Below are positions 9,552-19,221 of a stretch of DNA of 64,000 bases, piece by piece. The notes beneath the pieces were generated by a model. It had not been told where the DNA came from, searched no databases, and was given only the letters and a program-made list of their open reading frames with translations. Numbering within the stretch: position 1 is the first letter of the stretch; the number at the start of each line of letters is the position of its first letter. The translations under genes and the position numbers were made by a program. The stretch is from Bdellovibrionales bacterium (GTDB lineage Bacteria > Bdellovibrionota > Bdellovibrionia > Bdellovibrionales > UBA1609), in the NCBI GenBank assembly GCA_965199825.1, contig OZ241329.1, positions 1,760,001 through 1,824,000 of the forward strand, given 5' to 3'.

Positions 9552-10852
9552 GGCTTATTTCTCTTGCGTAAGTAGCGCAGTGGTAAACCAGAGAGTGTCA
9601 GGCCGATGGAATAAAGAGTCATCATCGGCTGATCTACAACAGTATTAAATAAAATGTATATACATCCCATAATCGCAATCATCGGAATAAAAGGGTAAAG
9701 CGGTGTGCGATACATATTTGGAGGTGTTGCTTCGTTTTTGCGGCGCAAAAGAAAAAGTCCAATAAATGCGAGAGCAAAAAACATATACAGGCTGAAAATC
9801 GCCATGTCGGTCAAAAAATCGGGATTACTAAATAAAATCATGAGCGTTGCAATGGAGGCTTGCAACAGAATCGAAACCATTGGTGTTCTGAAGGTGGGAT
9901 GCACATAGGCAATCCATTTTGAAAATGGCAGTTCGTCTCGCAATGCCATTGCAAAAGGAACACGAGTATTGCCCAAAGTATTTCCATTGAGACTACCAAA
10001 AATTGAAATCAGAATTCCAATTGAGATCATGCGGCCGCCCCATGACCCAAACAATTGGGTTGCGGCTTCGTTCGCTGCAGACTCACCCAGCTGGGCGATT
10101 TGAATTCCGGTCAAAGTATGAAACAGGGCGATATTCACACTTAGGTAAGCAATCACCACAACACTCAAACCTAAAACAATCGCCCTTGGTAAATCGCGCG
10201 CCGGATTTTTCATTTCGCCAGCCACATTTCCAACCAGCATCCAACCGTCGTAAGCAAACAAGGTGGATAAAACCGCGCCGCCGACACTTCCAACAGGTGG
10301 AGATCCACTGGTCGCGCCGAATATGGGTTCGTGACCGAGGAGTAATCCAAAGATGGCGATGGCAAATATAGGAATCAATTTAACAAATGTTGTGAACTGT
10401 TGAACCATGCCGCCGTATTTTGCGCCGGCAATATTTACCGAAATCAAAATGGCCATGGCGGAGATAGCAATTAAAGTTGAATACGATTTGTCTATTCCGC
10501 TGACCGAAGTGGCGACCGAACCAAAATAGAGGCTGATTGCAGCGATAATAGCTGGTCCATAGATAACAGTTTGAACCCAGCCACAAAGGTAACCCAATGT
10601 GCTGCCGTAAATCTCTTCGATATATGTATAGACACCGCCGGTACGAGGAATTCGTGCGGCAACCTCGGCGATTGTGAGACCACCACAGATGGTGATCATT
10701 CCGCCAAAGAGCCACGAAGCCAGAGCCCAATTCGAATTGCCAACCAATAAAATGATTTTACCGGGTTTAACAAAAACCCCAGAACCAATCACACATCCAA
10801 CGACAATACTCGTCGCTGTCCAAAAACTGAGATCTCTACGTAAAGCTGTCAT
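9548..10852 (-). CDS. APC family amino acid permease (LAT/SteT-like)
   Basis: VIGSGVF, GGVYTY, FAYDGW, GEMKNPARDLP, YRTPLYP. Confidence 0.92.
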   Translation of the reverse strand: MTALRRDLSFWTATSIVVGCVIGSGVFVKPGKIILLVGNSNWALASWLFGGMITICGGLTIAEVAARIPRTGGVYTYIEEIYGSTLGYLCGWVQTVIYGPAIIAAISLYFGSVATSVSGIDKSYSTLIAISAMAILISVNIAGAKYGGMVQQFTTFVKLIPIFAIAIFGLLLGHEPIFGATSGSPPVGSVGGAVLSTLFAYDGWMLVGNVAGEMKNPARDLPRAIVLGLSVVVIAYLSVNIALFHTLTGIQIAQLGESAANEAATQLFGSWGGRMISIGILISIFGSLNGNTLGNTRVPFAMALRDELPFSKWIAYVHPTFRTPMVSILLQASIATLMILFSNPDFLTDMAIFSLYMFFALAFIGLFLLRRKNEATPPNMYRTPLYPFIPMIAIMGCIYILFNTVVDQPMMTLYSIGLTLSGLPLRYLRKRNKP

Positions 10853-10898
10853 GATATATTGTCTTTATCCAAACTTTATCAAAACAGCTAACGATTTT

Positions 10899-11426
10899 TT
10901 AACTGGGGCGTTCGCCGAGCAAGAGATAGAATGTCCAGCGGCTGATTCTCTGGAATGAACCCACATGATTTTTGTGCGAGTACAAAAATGCCAAGACCAC
11001 CTTTTGATAATTCACATAAAGGTTCATGACATCAAAAACTTCGCCGTCGATTTCAATCAAATCACCAAGTTCGATAGATTCTTTAGCAGCTAGAGGCTTG
11101 ATATTTTTTTTTAACATTGAGACCGCCATCCCTTGGGTCGCAAAGAAGACACGCCTTGGGTTAGGGGTGTAAGTGTCGTCGCTAAAGTAGGTAAAAATGT
11201 CTGGAGGATAATTTCCGCGGCGTTTGTAGGTCACGTTGTGGATTGTAGCTTGGGGAAATTGAAAATTTGGTTCGAGCTGTTGCAACAAAGGTGGGCCGAT
11301 GAGTGCCTGATCAGTACACCGGTTGTTTAAAAAATTGATCGCTTTATCAGGTTGAGAATTCGCAACGAATGAATAATCGTCACACGCCCTCGCAAGACTC
11401 ATCAAACAATAAATTAAAAACACCAT
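10899..11426 (-). CDS. Hypothetical protein with short signal-like N-terminus
   Basis: 175-aa ORF filling an intergenic gap; no family recognised. Confidence 0.55.
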   Translation of the reverse strand: MVFLIYCLMSLARACDDYSFVANSQPDKAINFLNNRCTDQALIGPPLLQQLEPNFQFPQATIHNVTYKRRGNYPPDIFTYFSDDTYTPNPRRVFFATQGMAVSMLKKNIKPLAAKESIELGDLIEIDGEVFDVMNLYVNYQKVVLAFLYSHKNHVGSFQRISRWTFYLLLGERPS

Positions 11427-11627
11427 GTTGTGACTTATAGCTTAAAATGAACAAAAAATCTTTAGTTAGTGAGGGAAGTGCAAACATTCCTGCTGTTAGA
11501 GTCGGGTCTATGATTAAATTCACTTGCCCTAGTTTTAGAATGGCATCAAGATCGAGGACGTCAGTATTAAAATTGTCGAGACGGATTCACCATCTTGGCT
11601 AATAAATACATAAAAAGGAGTATCAGC

Positions 11628-12215
11628 ATGAAAAAACAATTTACCTTTGCAATGATCATTGCATCTGTATTGAGCATTGGCCAAGTGGCTTTTGCAAAAG
11701 ATAAAAAAGAGCATAAAGAAGAAACGGTAATGGTTGGTGGAGCAGCAATGTATCCAAGCAAAAACATCATCCAAAATGCGGTAAATTCAAACGACCATAA
11801 AACATTGGTTGCGGCTGTTAAAGCTGCTGGTTTGGTAAGCACTCTTGAAGGTAAAGGTCCATTTACCGTATTTGCACCTACAGACGAAGCCTTTGCAAAA
11901 TTGCCTGCAGGAACAGTTGATACTCTTGTTAAGCCTGAAAATAAAAAGAAGCTGACAGAAATTCTGACCTATCACGTTGTATCCGGTAATCTGACTGCAG
12001 ACAAAATTGCGCCAATGATCAAAAAGAACGGTGGCAAAGCAATCTTGAAAACAGTTGAAGGTTCGAACCTAACAGCAATGATGGAAGGCGATACCCTAGT
12101 TCTTGTTGATGGAATGAATGGTAAATCCTCAGTGAGCATCAAAGACGTCAAACAATCAAATGGAGTGATCCACGTGATTGATACCGTTTTAATGCCTCCA
12201 CCAGCTAAAAAATAA
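11628..12215 (+). CDS. Fasciclin (FAS1) domain secreted protein
   Basis: AAGGAG RBS, signal peptide, GPFTVFAPTDEAF, ILTYHVV, NGVIHVIDTVL. Confidence 0.95.
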   Translation: MKKQFTFAMIIASVLSIGQVAFAKDKKEHKEETVMVGGAAMYPSKNIIQNAVNSNDHKTLVAAVKAAGLVSTLEGKGPFTVFAPTDEAFAKLPAGTVDTLVKPENKKKLTEILTYHVVSGNLTADKIAPMIKKNGGKAILKTVEGSNLTAMMEGDTLVLVDGMNGKSSVSIKDVKQSNGVIHVIDTVLMPPPAKK

Positions 12216-12228
12216 TCTGTTTTTTAAA

Positions 12229-12263
12229 GGGCATGTCGTCAATTGACATGCCCGCTTTTTTTT
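12229..12263 (+). terminator. Rho-independent terminator
   Basis: GGGCATGTC-7 nt-GACATGCCC followed by GC and T8. Confidence 0.85.
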
Positions 12264-12291
12264 ATCTGAACTTACTGTTACCAATAGAGTT

Positions 12292-14019
12292 ATGATTTAC
12301 ATCCTTTTGTTTTTATTTAGTGCTTCTGCATTTGCTCCTGCCCTCAACATTCGACAAACCGCAATGCTTGAGACCCTAAACCAAATTCATTCACTCTATA
12401 TGCAGCAATATGCGCCGCTGATCTGGAAAGATGAGCAAAAGCCAAATCAAATCGAAGACCAATTTCGATTGATCTATCATGCCATTCAAGATGATCCCAA
12501 CATGTCTAAAGATCAATTTCGCCAATATCTTTTTGAGTTTATTCACACCACTCGCGATTATCATGTGCAGATTGAATTCTTCTCGACCGAAAGTTCGATG
12601 TTGCCAATAACACTGAGGAGCGAAGAAGGCCGCATTTTTGTGGTCTATATTGAGCCCGAAGTTAAAGATGATCCTATTTATCAAGATGTCGAGATTGGTG
12701 ATGAGATTATTGGCTGGAATGGGCGCCCGGCCATCGATGTTCTCAACGAAATCATCGCGAAGATCGCGAGCAATAATCCCGGTACCGATCGAAGAATTGC
12801 CGAAATCAAAATGACCACACGGCTAAAGAGTCACAGGTCAGAAATTCCGGTGGGTGATGTGATAGTTGATTTCAAAAGATCTCAAGAAGATGGTTCAAAA
12901 GTTTTTACTAAAGCCTTAACTTGGAAACACATTCCTGAGTATGTACCCCAAGAATTATCGATCTTTGATTCTCTTCTTCACCTCGCGGGATTTACAGTCC
13001 CAACCAACAACACCAGTTATTTTAGCAAATTGATCGGTCGTGAAAGTCGTTTGCGAAATAAGGTTTATCGTTCCCGCACGGAAGAAGAAAACCCTTATTC
13101 CTTGGGAGCTCGAGATTCTTTTGTTCCTACATTAGGAAAAGTGATTTGGAAAAATGCCGACGACAATCCGTTTAAATCTTATATTTATCGTAATGAAAAT
13201 AATCATCTGATTGGTTATCTTCGCATCCCCAATTATTTATTTTGTTCACGACAAGATCTTGAAGCCTTTGACGAAACCATTAACGAACTCGAATCTAAAA
13301 CGGATGCACTTGTAATTGATCAAGTGGCCAATCCTGGTGGACGCCTTTATTTTTCCTACGCGGTGGTCTCAAGATTTATCGACAAACCAGTGAGGGTGCT
13401 TCCTCATAAAATAGTCCTTACCGAAAGCACCGCCTATCGCGCTTATCAACAACTGAATGATATCGAAAAAATATCGCGTGTTCCGAATTTAACTGCAATT
13501 TTAAATATGGAGGACTCCTGTGGTATGGAGGCGGGTCCAAATTTCTTCTATGGGCTAAAAGAATTTAATTTATTTATTTTGGATCAACTCAAAAAAGGTC
13601 TTCATCTTTCGGAGCCCGTGGCAATCGATGGAATCGCCAATCTGAATCCTCATTCGAAAGTTCGCTATACAAAACCAAAATTAATGTTGATTGAACATCT
13701 CGATGTTTCAGCTGCCGATTTTGTGCCCGCAATGTTTCAAGACAGCAAAGCGCTAACACTTTTTGGCAGCTCGACTTCGGGTGCAGGCGGGATGGTGAGC
13801 GAATTTGAGCCTCCCAATCAATTTGGTATTAGCATGGTGACATTTACGACCTCACAAGGAATTAGAAAAGATGGCCGCCCGCTCGAAAACAATGGGGTTG
13901 CTCCAGATATCAAATACGACATCACGCCTAAGGATTTGCAGGACAGTTATCAGGACTATAAAACGGCGGTAAACAAGGCTATCTCAGGTTTAGTGAATGA
14001 GAATTACCAATCTAAATAA
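12292..14019 (+). CDS. CPAF-like secreted S41 serine protease with PDZ-like insert
   Basis: YAPLIWK, RDYHV (His), IGYLRIP, DALVIDQVANPGG, DVSAADFVP (Ser), T.GAGG, PLENNGVAPD (Glu), in the order found in chlamydial CPAF. Confidence 0.8.
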   Translation: MIYILLFLFSASAFAPALNIRQTAMLETLNQIHSLYMQQYAPLIWKDEQKPNQIEDQFRLIYHAIQDDPNMSKDQFRQYLFEFIHTTRDYHVQIEFFSTESSMLPITLRSEEGRIFVVYIEPEVKDDPIYQDVEIGDEIIGWNGRPAIDVLNEIIAKIASNNPGTDRRIAEIKMTTRLKSHRSEIPVGDVIVDFKRSQEDGSKVFTKALTWKHIPEYVPQELSIFDSLLHLAGFTVPTNNTSYFSKLIGRESRLRNKVYRSRTEEENPYSLGARDSFVPTLGKVIWKNADDNPFKSYIYRNENNHLIGYLRIPNYLFCSRQDLEAFDETINELESKTDALVIDQVANPGGRLYFSYAVVSRFIDKPVRVLPHKIVLTESTAYRAYQQLNDIEKISRVPNLTAILNMEDSCGMEAGPNFFYGLKEFNLFILDQLKKGLHLSEPVAIDGIANLNPHSKVRYTKPKLMLIEHLDVSAADFVPAMFQDSKALTLFGSSTSGAGGMVSEFEPPNQFGISMVTFTTSQGIRKDGRPLENNGVAPDIKYDITPKDLQDSYQDYKTAVNKAISGLVNENYQSK

Positions 14020-14609
14020 TCGCGTCGGATAAGATGATTTCTGGCTTGCTCAATATTATTCAAAGGTGAGCTTTGATCTGAAAGTTTTTTTACGAGTGCA
14101 ACACGATCTAAAAGTGGAGCAAAGGGAATCAGAACCACATCAAATCCAAGACGGGTGTAAATGGATTGGAGTCCATTCTCAATTGCCTCGGCGGATTCGA
14201 TGGCGCCAATACGATTTTTAGAATCGCTCACAGTTTGAATCAAAAAAACTTTTTTATTGTAAGAGTTGAGATTTGCTTTCGCGATCAATTCGAAAGCTTT
14301 TTCGGTTTGGGAAAATGATCGATATTTTATAAAACACGCCCCGTCGATCACGCAGCGATCTAGAAAATATTTTTGGCCAGTTTGCATTTGTGATTCACGT
14401 TGAAGTTGAAGGCCTGTGATCATTTCTTGGCTTTCGCTTAAAAGCCATGGCTCAGAAATCCCTCGGGCTTGCGAGTAACGAATAAAATCAATCGCCGCTT
14501 CAGGAACAATCCGTTCGCCTATATTTTCAAGGCCTAGAGCGATCGAAGTTTTACCTGCGCCGGGTGCGCCGGTTAAAATAAAGCCAAGATCTGAAGATGT
14601 TTTTGTCAT
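14004..14609 (-). CDS. Predicted P-loop ATPase (AAA_28/NadR-like)
   Basis: [20 protein letters not shown]...D motifs. Confidence 0.8.
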   Translation of the reverse strand: MTKTSSDLGFILTGAPGAGKTSIALGLENIGERIVPEAAIDFIRYSQARGISEPWLLSESQEMITGLQLQRESQMQTGQKYFLDRCVIDGACFIKYRSFSQTEKAFELIAKANLNSYNKKVFLIQTVSDSKNRIGAIESAEAIENGLQSIYTRLGFDVVLIPFAPLLDRVALVKKLSDQSSPLNNIEQARNHLIRRDYLDW

Positions 14610-14624
14610 TTTGATTATTTTTAT

Positions 14625-14701
<77 letters not shown>

Positions 14702-14739
14702 AACTAAAACTTTTTAAGAACTTAGACAGCAATGAAGTT

Positions 14740-15423
14740 TTATTCAACAGTTTTACGAAGTGCGGGTGAATGAGTATTAAAAAATCCCTGCTTTTGAATC
14801 ATCAGCTGTTGAGCCGCACTCGCAAACAGTTGATGAAGAAGATCAGATTCTACTAAGGGCCAATGGCCCTGCTGCAGTCCAGCTGAGATGATTTTGATGC
14901 GTTGTTTGGCTTTATAAAAATCAATATTGTCTCGAATCAACTTGTAGGCTCCATAAGCTAAAACAGGACCGCCCACAGATGCGACCAAATAAGGGGGAAC
15001 GGTTCCTTTCTCAGTCATGATGATCGAAAGTTGTCTCACAAGAGTTCCTGCAAACAGTCCTGAGGCTCCGTAAACCGTGAGGTCTTCGAGGTTGAATGCA
15101 ACGGTATAAAGTCGCAAAGCCTTTTTAAGCTTCAAAAAGAGTTCGTTTTCAAATTTTGTAATATCAGAGGGCGTGGTGATGTCGATCGAAAGAGAAACAG
15201 TTGAGCATTCAAGATCAGGCTGAGAAATAAAATTGCGAATTTGATCTGCCGATTTGGTGACATTCGGATCGAAAGGGCAATTTTGAAATGTCATCTGAGT
15301 TGAGTCGTAAATAGTCCGGACCAAAATCTGTTTTTTTTTGAAAGAAACAATCATGGGATTTCGTTCGACACTATTGTCGAAAGCTAAGACGTGGAGAGAA
15401 AAAAGAATCACCAAGTTGAGCAT
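14740..15423 (-). CDS. Secreted hypothetical protein with internal hydrophobic hairpin
   Basis: ORF to 15456; likely ATG 15423 (MLNLVILFSLHVLA); two Gly/Ala-rich hydrophobic helices internally. Confidence 0.6.
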   Translation of the reverse strand: MLNLVILFSLHVLAFDNSVERNPMIVSFKKKQILVRTIYDSTQMTFQNCPFDPNVTKSADQIRNFISQPDLECSTVSLSIDITTPSDITKFENELFLKLKKALRLYTVAFNLEDLTVYGASGLFAGTLVRQLSIIMTEKGTVPPYLVASVGGPVLAYGAYKLIRDNIDFYKAKQRIKIISAGLQQGHWPLVESDLLHQLFASAAQQLMIQKQGFFNTHSPALRKTVE

Positions 15424-15435
15424 CAAACGATTTAG

Positions 15436-15452
15436 AGCAGAAAGGGTGCCAA
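15436..15452 (-). promoter_or_regulatory. Candidate sigma54 promoter
   Basis: Minus strand TTGGCACCCTTTCTGCT (TGGCAC-N5-CTGC), 14 nt upstream of ATG 15423. Confidence 0.5.
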
Positions 15453-15557
15453 ACACAAGTCGAAGTTAGGGCCAAACTGAGCTTTTTGTGTAAAAGTTTA
15501 TTTCATTGGAGCGCTCTATTTTTCAAACCCCTCGGCCAGTGCGTTAAAGAAAACAGT

Positions 15558-15586
15558 TTGCACCTTGGATCGAGCATTCTTACCAT
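15558..15586 (+). promoter_or_regulatory. Candidate sigma70 promoter giving a leaderless mRNA
   Basis: TTGCAC-N17-TACCAT, then 7 nt to ATG 15594 with no SD. Confidence 0.5.
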
Positions 15587-15593
15587 AGCAGCC

Positions 15594-17051
15594 ATGAGAT
15601 CAATATTATTAGTGTTTTTGTTTTTGGGTTTTGATGTTTTTGCGGCTGAGGCCAAAATCAGTGATTTTACTCTAGGTGCTGAATTTCGCTTCCGGGATGT
15701 TTTTGAACAGAATCCTACCCTTCAAGGGAATGCGAACACTCCCCAAAATTCGGCAAAATCGAGAGTCAAATTGAATGTTGGCTTTAGGGCGACCGAAAAG
15801 TTCACCGCCACATTGACTCTTTTGCACGCGGCACGCTGGGGAGCAAAGGATCCCTCGTTGGTGGGAGATTCATCAACCGGAAATAGCGATCGAGCCACCG
15901 CCGACGGCGTGGGGAACTCAGACAATACGGTGTTGGTTCAACAGGCCTTTGGAGCCTGGCTTATTGCCGATTCTTTTTTGCTAAAATTTGGACGGAGTTC
16001 ATTTGGAATCGGCGATGGGACGGTGATCGCCGAAAATGATTACGAGGATGTTCCCTTATCATTTGAAGGATTGTGGGGAATTTACGAGTGGGACTTTATG
16101 CGGCTGACCGCATTTGTCCTCAAACTTGCAAACTTTTCCTCGAGCTTTAACAAACTGCAGGCTGGGGCATTGGGAACACAACCCGTTTTGTCGGGTTCTA
16201 CCGCTGCGAATCCTGATGCCAATGCTTACGGACTTTCGCTTGATTTCAAGCTGTTGCCCTCATGGTTAAAGTCCTCGAATTTTTATGTCCTGAAAAATCA
16301 AAAAGACACATCGCCTGGAACAGGAAGTACACTTGCAACCACCAATCTGACCGATCTGATGGCGGGGCTTGGTGAAGACACCTTGCGATTTGGAGCCTCG
16401 ATTGAAGGCGAAGTTGCCCATTTTGATTATCATCTTTCCTACAACGGGATATCTGGCAACTATCGCGGCGTCGATTTGAGTGTCAGTCCTGCCGGACAAA
16501 TGTGCAGTCAATCGAGCTGTAAGGCGGATAGTTTTATGGTGCAGGCCACCGTTGGTTTTACTGTGCCGAAGTGGTTGCATAGCCGATTTTTTGCGACCTA
16601 CCACATGGATAGTGGCCAAAAATCGGGAGAGCAAAATTTGTCGCTTTATGATGGGTATTTTTACGAGCAACATGAAATTACCAACGGCGGCCTGATGGGC
16701 CTTTTGCGCTGGGGAAATCTGACCTATTCCACACTTGGATACTCCAACGAACCCTTTGAGCAGCTTGAGGCTGGAATCTTACTCACTAACTTTTCCAGAA
16801 CCGAAACCGGAAGCCAGCTGAGACCAGGGGTTTATGGTCGCGGAATTTTTGATCTTTACACTTCGGCCTCCTCTGCAAGTGCAGATGTTGGGCGCGAGAT
16901 CGATATCTATGCGATCCGGAAATACGACAACGGTTTTGAGCTCGAGGCCCGCTTTGGAGTATTTATGCCAGGAGCCTACTCCAAAGATATAAACTCAGGT
17001 CATGCCGACAATGACCAACAGATTTTCTTGCAAGGAAAGATGGTATTTTAA
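15594..17051 (+). CDS. Alginate-export-family outer membrane beta-barrel protein
   Basis: Signal peptide; EFRFR, QQAF.AW, KFGR...GDG, DVGREIDI...Y, F.PG; C-terminal Phe. Confidence 0.75.
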   Translation: MRSILLVFLFLGFDVFAAEAKISDFTLGAEFRFRDVFEQNPTLQGNANTPQNSAKSRVKLNVGFRATEKFTATLTLLHAARWGAKDPSLVGDSSTGNSDRATADGVGNSDNTVLVQQAFGAWLIADSFLLKFGRSSFGIGDGTVIAENDYEDVPLSFEGLWGIYEWDFMRLTAFVLKLANFSSSFNKLQAGALGTQPVLSGSTAANPDANAYGLSLDFKLLPSWLKSSNFYVLKNQKDTSPGTGSTLATTNLTDLMAGLGEDTLRFGASIEGEVAHFDYHLSYNGISGNYRGVDLSVSPAGQMCSQSSCKADSFMVQATVGFTVPKWLHSRFFATYHMDSGQKSGEQNLSLYDGYFYEQHEITNGGLMGLLRWGNLTYSTLGYSNEPFEQLEAGILLTNFSRTETGSQLRPGVYGRGIFDLYTSASSASADVGREIDIYAIRKYDNGFELEARFGVFMPGAYSKDINSGHADNDQQIFLQGKMVF

Positions 17052-17053
17052 TT

Positions 17054-17539
17054 ATGCTGCAAATTTTTGTGATGCTTTTGTGCATTGCCCAAGCGCGTGT
17101 GTTTAAAAAAATGGACATTCCTGATGTGCTTCAGGCTGATTTTAATCAAATCATGGATTCGGCTGATGACATGTATCAGGCTTGTTTGACCCGAAAAGAA
17201 GATCTGATCGATCAAAAATTGGTGGAGCTTCAAAAGAGTATTCAGAAAGCCGAGCAGCAAACCAAATTGGTTGGACCTGCTAAAACCCATCTTGATCGCA
17301 TTCTGAATGGAACATCGATGGCGGTTGAAAAGGCGCGCGGCAAACACGGAGAAGAATTGAGTAAAGGACTAAAGGACACGTTTCATCAACTTGTTCAGAT
17401 TGCTCAGATATTTAAGGTCGAAAAAGTGAACATCTTTTTTTGTAATCTCGATCAGACCGTTTGGGTGCAAAAAGATAAAAAGCCCCAAAATCCGATACAC
17501 CCCAGAGAATACCGAGGTTGCGGTAAGCTCGTACAATGA
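17054..17539 (+). CDS. Secreted helical protein, DUF3347-like (metal-associated)
   Basis: C-terminal FFC...WVQ...PQNP...GCG pattern resembles the C..M...W....I.NPY....CG motif of DUF3347. Confidence 0.5.
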   Translation: MLQIFVMLLCIAQARVFKKMDIPDVLQADFNQIMDSADDMYQACLTRKEDLIDQKLVELQKSIQKAEQQTKLVGPAKTHLDRILNGTSMAVEKARGKHGEELSKGLKDTFHQLVQIAQIFKVEKVNIFFCNLDQTVWVQKDKKPQNPIHPREYRGCGKLVQ

Positions 17540-18141
17540 ATTGGATAACCTCGCTTCCAAAAGGTGTTCTTATTTTTTTACTCCTAGGCGGCGGAATATT
17601 TCTGATTGTGGCCTTTAACCCGCCCTACACCGTTTGTGACTCACAACTTGAGATTTTTAAAAAAAATCAAACACGATTTATTTATATTGATCCAAAAGAA
17701 AAATTGGTGAAAACTGCACGAATTGAGACATTTAATGACAGCTGCAAAATGGCGAATTCACCTGGTGGGTGCTACGAACTATTTATGAAAATGAAGAGGT
17801 TGTTGAGGGATCTCGAAAATGCGCCTCGCGATTGCGCCGACACTTTAAGTTCACTTCCTGAGGTCAAAAAAGCTCTTTGGCGTCACATGCGATTGATGGT
17901 GGATCTGGCATGGGGTGAAAAACCGCCGACCTCGTATTATGAAAAGCTTGCGTGGTTTGATGCGGCTGATCTTTCTTTGTACTGCAATCTTAAAAAAGAC
18001 CTTGAGACATTCTATGGCACCGAAGAATTTTCGGCCTTTAGAGAAAAATTATTTGGGGAGCTTCCTGGAGCAAAAAGCCTTTCGCGCGACCAGGTTTGGA
18101 ATATGATGTTACTTTCAACCGACTGTAGGAAATATTTATGA
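17536..18141 (+). CDS. Membrane-anchored Cys-rich hypothetical protein
   Basis: N-terminal TM helix, 6 Cys, ATGA-coupled to neighbours. Confidence 0.7.
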   Translation: MNWITSLPKGVLIFLLLGGGIFLIVAFNPPYTVCDSQLEIFKKNQTRFIYIDPKEKLVKTARIETFNDSCKMANSPGGCYELFMKMKRLLRDLENAPRDCADTLSSLPEVKKALWRHMRLMVDLAWGEKPPTSYYEKLAWFDAADLSLYCNLKKDLETFYGTEEFSAFREKLFGELPGAKSLSRDQVWNMMLLSTDCRKYL

Positions 18142-18533
18142 AGCCGATGATGCGTGCACTTGCATTGGAAATTTTTGGGATCTTTCAGGCCGCTCTGCTT
18201 TTTCATTTTATTGATTCAAGACGAATTGCGGGGCTCACTGCCGGATCAATCTTTGTGGTGATTGAGGTTGCCGTAATGATTTTGGCATTGCGCTCAGAAA
18301 CCGGAAAAAAATCTTTTTGTCTTTGGTTTGGGTTGGTGATGCTGGTGGTTTTTTCGCTCCCAATGCTGATTGCTCGGGTCGCAAACTTTGAGATGACGTG
18401 GTCAGATATCAAGGTTTGGGGATATTCGGGGCCGCAAATGCATCGTTATTCGATGTACTGTTACACCGCACTGATGAGTGCGACCCTTGTCGATGCGATA
18501 ATTATTCGATGGAAAAAGGTTTGGCCGAAATAG
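18138..18533 (+). CDS. Hypothetical membrane protein (about 4 TM)
   Basis: Hydrophobic segments; ATGA overlap with the upstream gene. Confidence 0.6.
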   Translation: MKPMMRALALEIFGIFQAALLFHFIDSRRIAGLTAGSIFVVIEVAVMILALRSETGKKSFCLWFGLVMLVVFSLPMLIARVANFEMTWSDIKVWGYSGPQMHRYSMYCYTALMSATLVDAIIIRWKKVWPK

Positions 18534-18774
18534 GTTCTGGACGCTCGTGATTGTCATAAGCATCAGTACCAAGTGGCAACAAAGCAAGGCTTCGGGCTTT
18601 TTTGATTGCACCCGCAACACGCTTTTGTTGAGCAAGGCTCAATTTGCTAATACGTGAAGGGATCACTTTGCCGCCTTCCATTGTGAAGCGCGAAAGTGTC
18701 AATGGGTCTTTATAATCAAAATTAAAATCTACAGGGAACTCAGGACGGAATTTGGAACGATACGATTTTTTCAA
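18502..18774 (-). CDS. rpsR: 30S ribosomal protein S18 (Cys-less, C-terminally extended)
   Basis: DYKD...LSRF...GKVIPSRI...QQKRVA.AIKKAR.LALLP; TTG start with GAGG RBS. Confidence 0.93.
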   Translation of the reverse strand: MKKSYRSKFRPEFPVDFNFDYKDPLTLSRFTMEGGKVIPSRISKLSLAQQKRVAGAIKKARSLALLPLGTDAYDNHERPEPISAKPFSIE

Positions 18775-18847
18775 TTTGATCCTCTTTGCAAATCAGTGAT
18801 CGGCAAACCTATGAAAATCACTTCAGAAAGGCAAGGGGAAATGTATG

Positions 18848-18876
18848 TTGCCAACGTTTAAAAATTTATTTATACG
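18848..18876 (+). promoter_or_regulatory. Candidate sigma70 promoter of rpmB-rplX
   Basis: TTGCCA-N17-TATACG upstream of rpmB. Confidence 0.45.
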
Positions 18877-18912
18877 AGTCCTTTGTCACCAGCAACAATT
18901 GGGGAAGAATTT

Positions 18913-19221
18913 ATGTCGCGCTGTGAACTCACAGGAAAAGGTCCAGTAGTAAAAAATCTAGTGAGCCATTCCAATATTAAAACAAAAAAGCGAGCGTTGC
19001 CTAATGTGCAGCAGAAGCGGGTATTTAGCCGAGTCTTGAATGCGATGGTGGATTTAAAGCTCGCGGCGAGCACCATTCGAAGCATCGAACATGTTGGTGG
19101 TTTGGATACATTCATTTTAAATAGCCAGGAACACACGTTATCAAAACGTGCCCTCTCAATTCGTGGTCGCATTTTACGTAAAATTAAAAGTTCAAAAGTT
19201 GAAAAGGTCACAACCAAATGA
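18913..19221 (+). CDS. rpmB: 50S ribosomal protein L28
   Basis: MSRCELTGK...VSHSNIKTK....PNVQ, GGLD. Confidence 0.95.
   Translation: MSRCELTGKGPVVKNLVSHSNIKTKKRALPNVQQKRVFSRVLNAMVDLKLAASTIRSIEHVGGLDTFILNSQEHTLSKRALSIRGRILRKIKSSKVEKVTTK

Noticed and set aside
11535..11975. Minus-strand ORFs over the fasciclin gene and similar short alternative-frame ORFs throughout (e.g. 40418..41014, 28252..28704, 22983..23444)
   Set aside because: Antisense or out-of-frame to well-supported genes, with no recognisable motifs or RBS.
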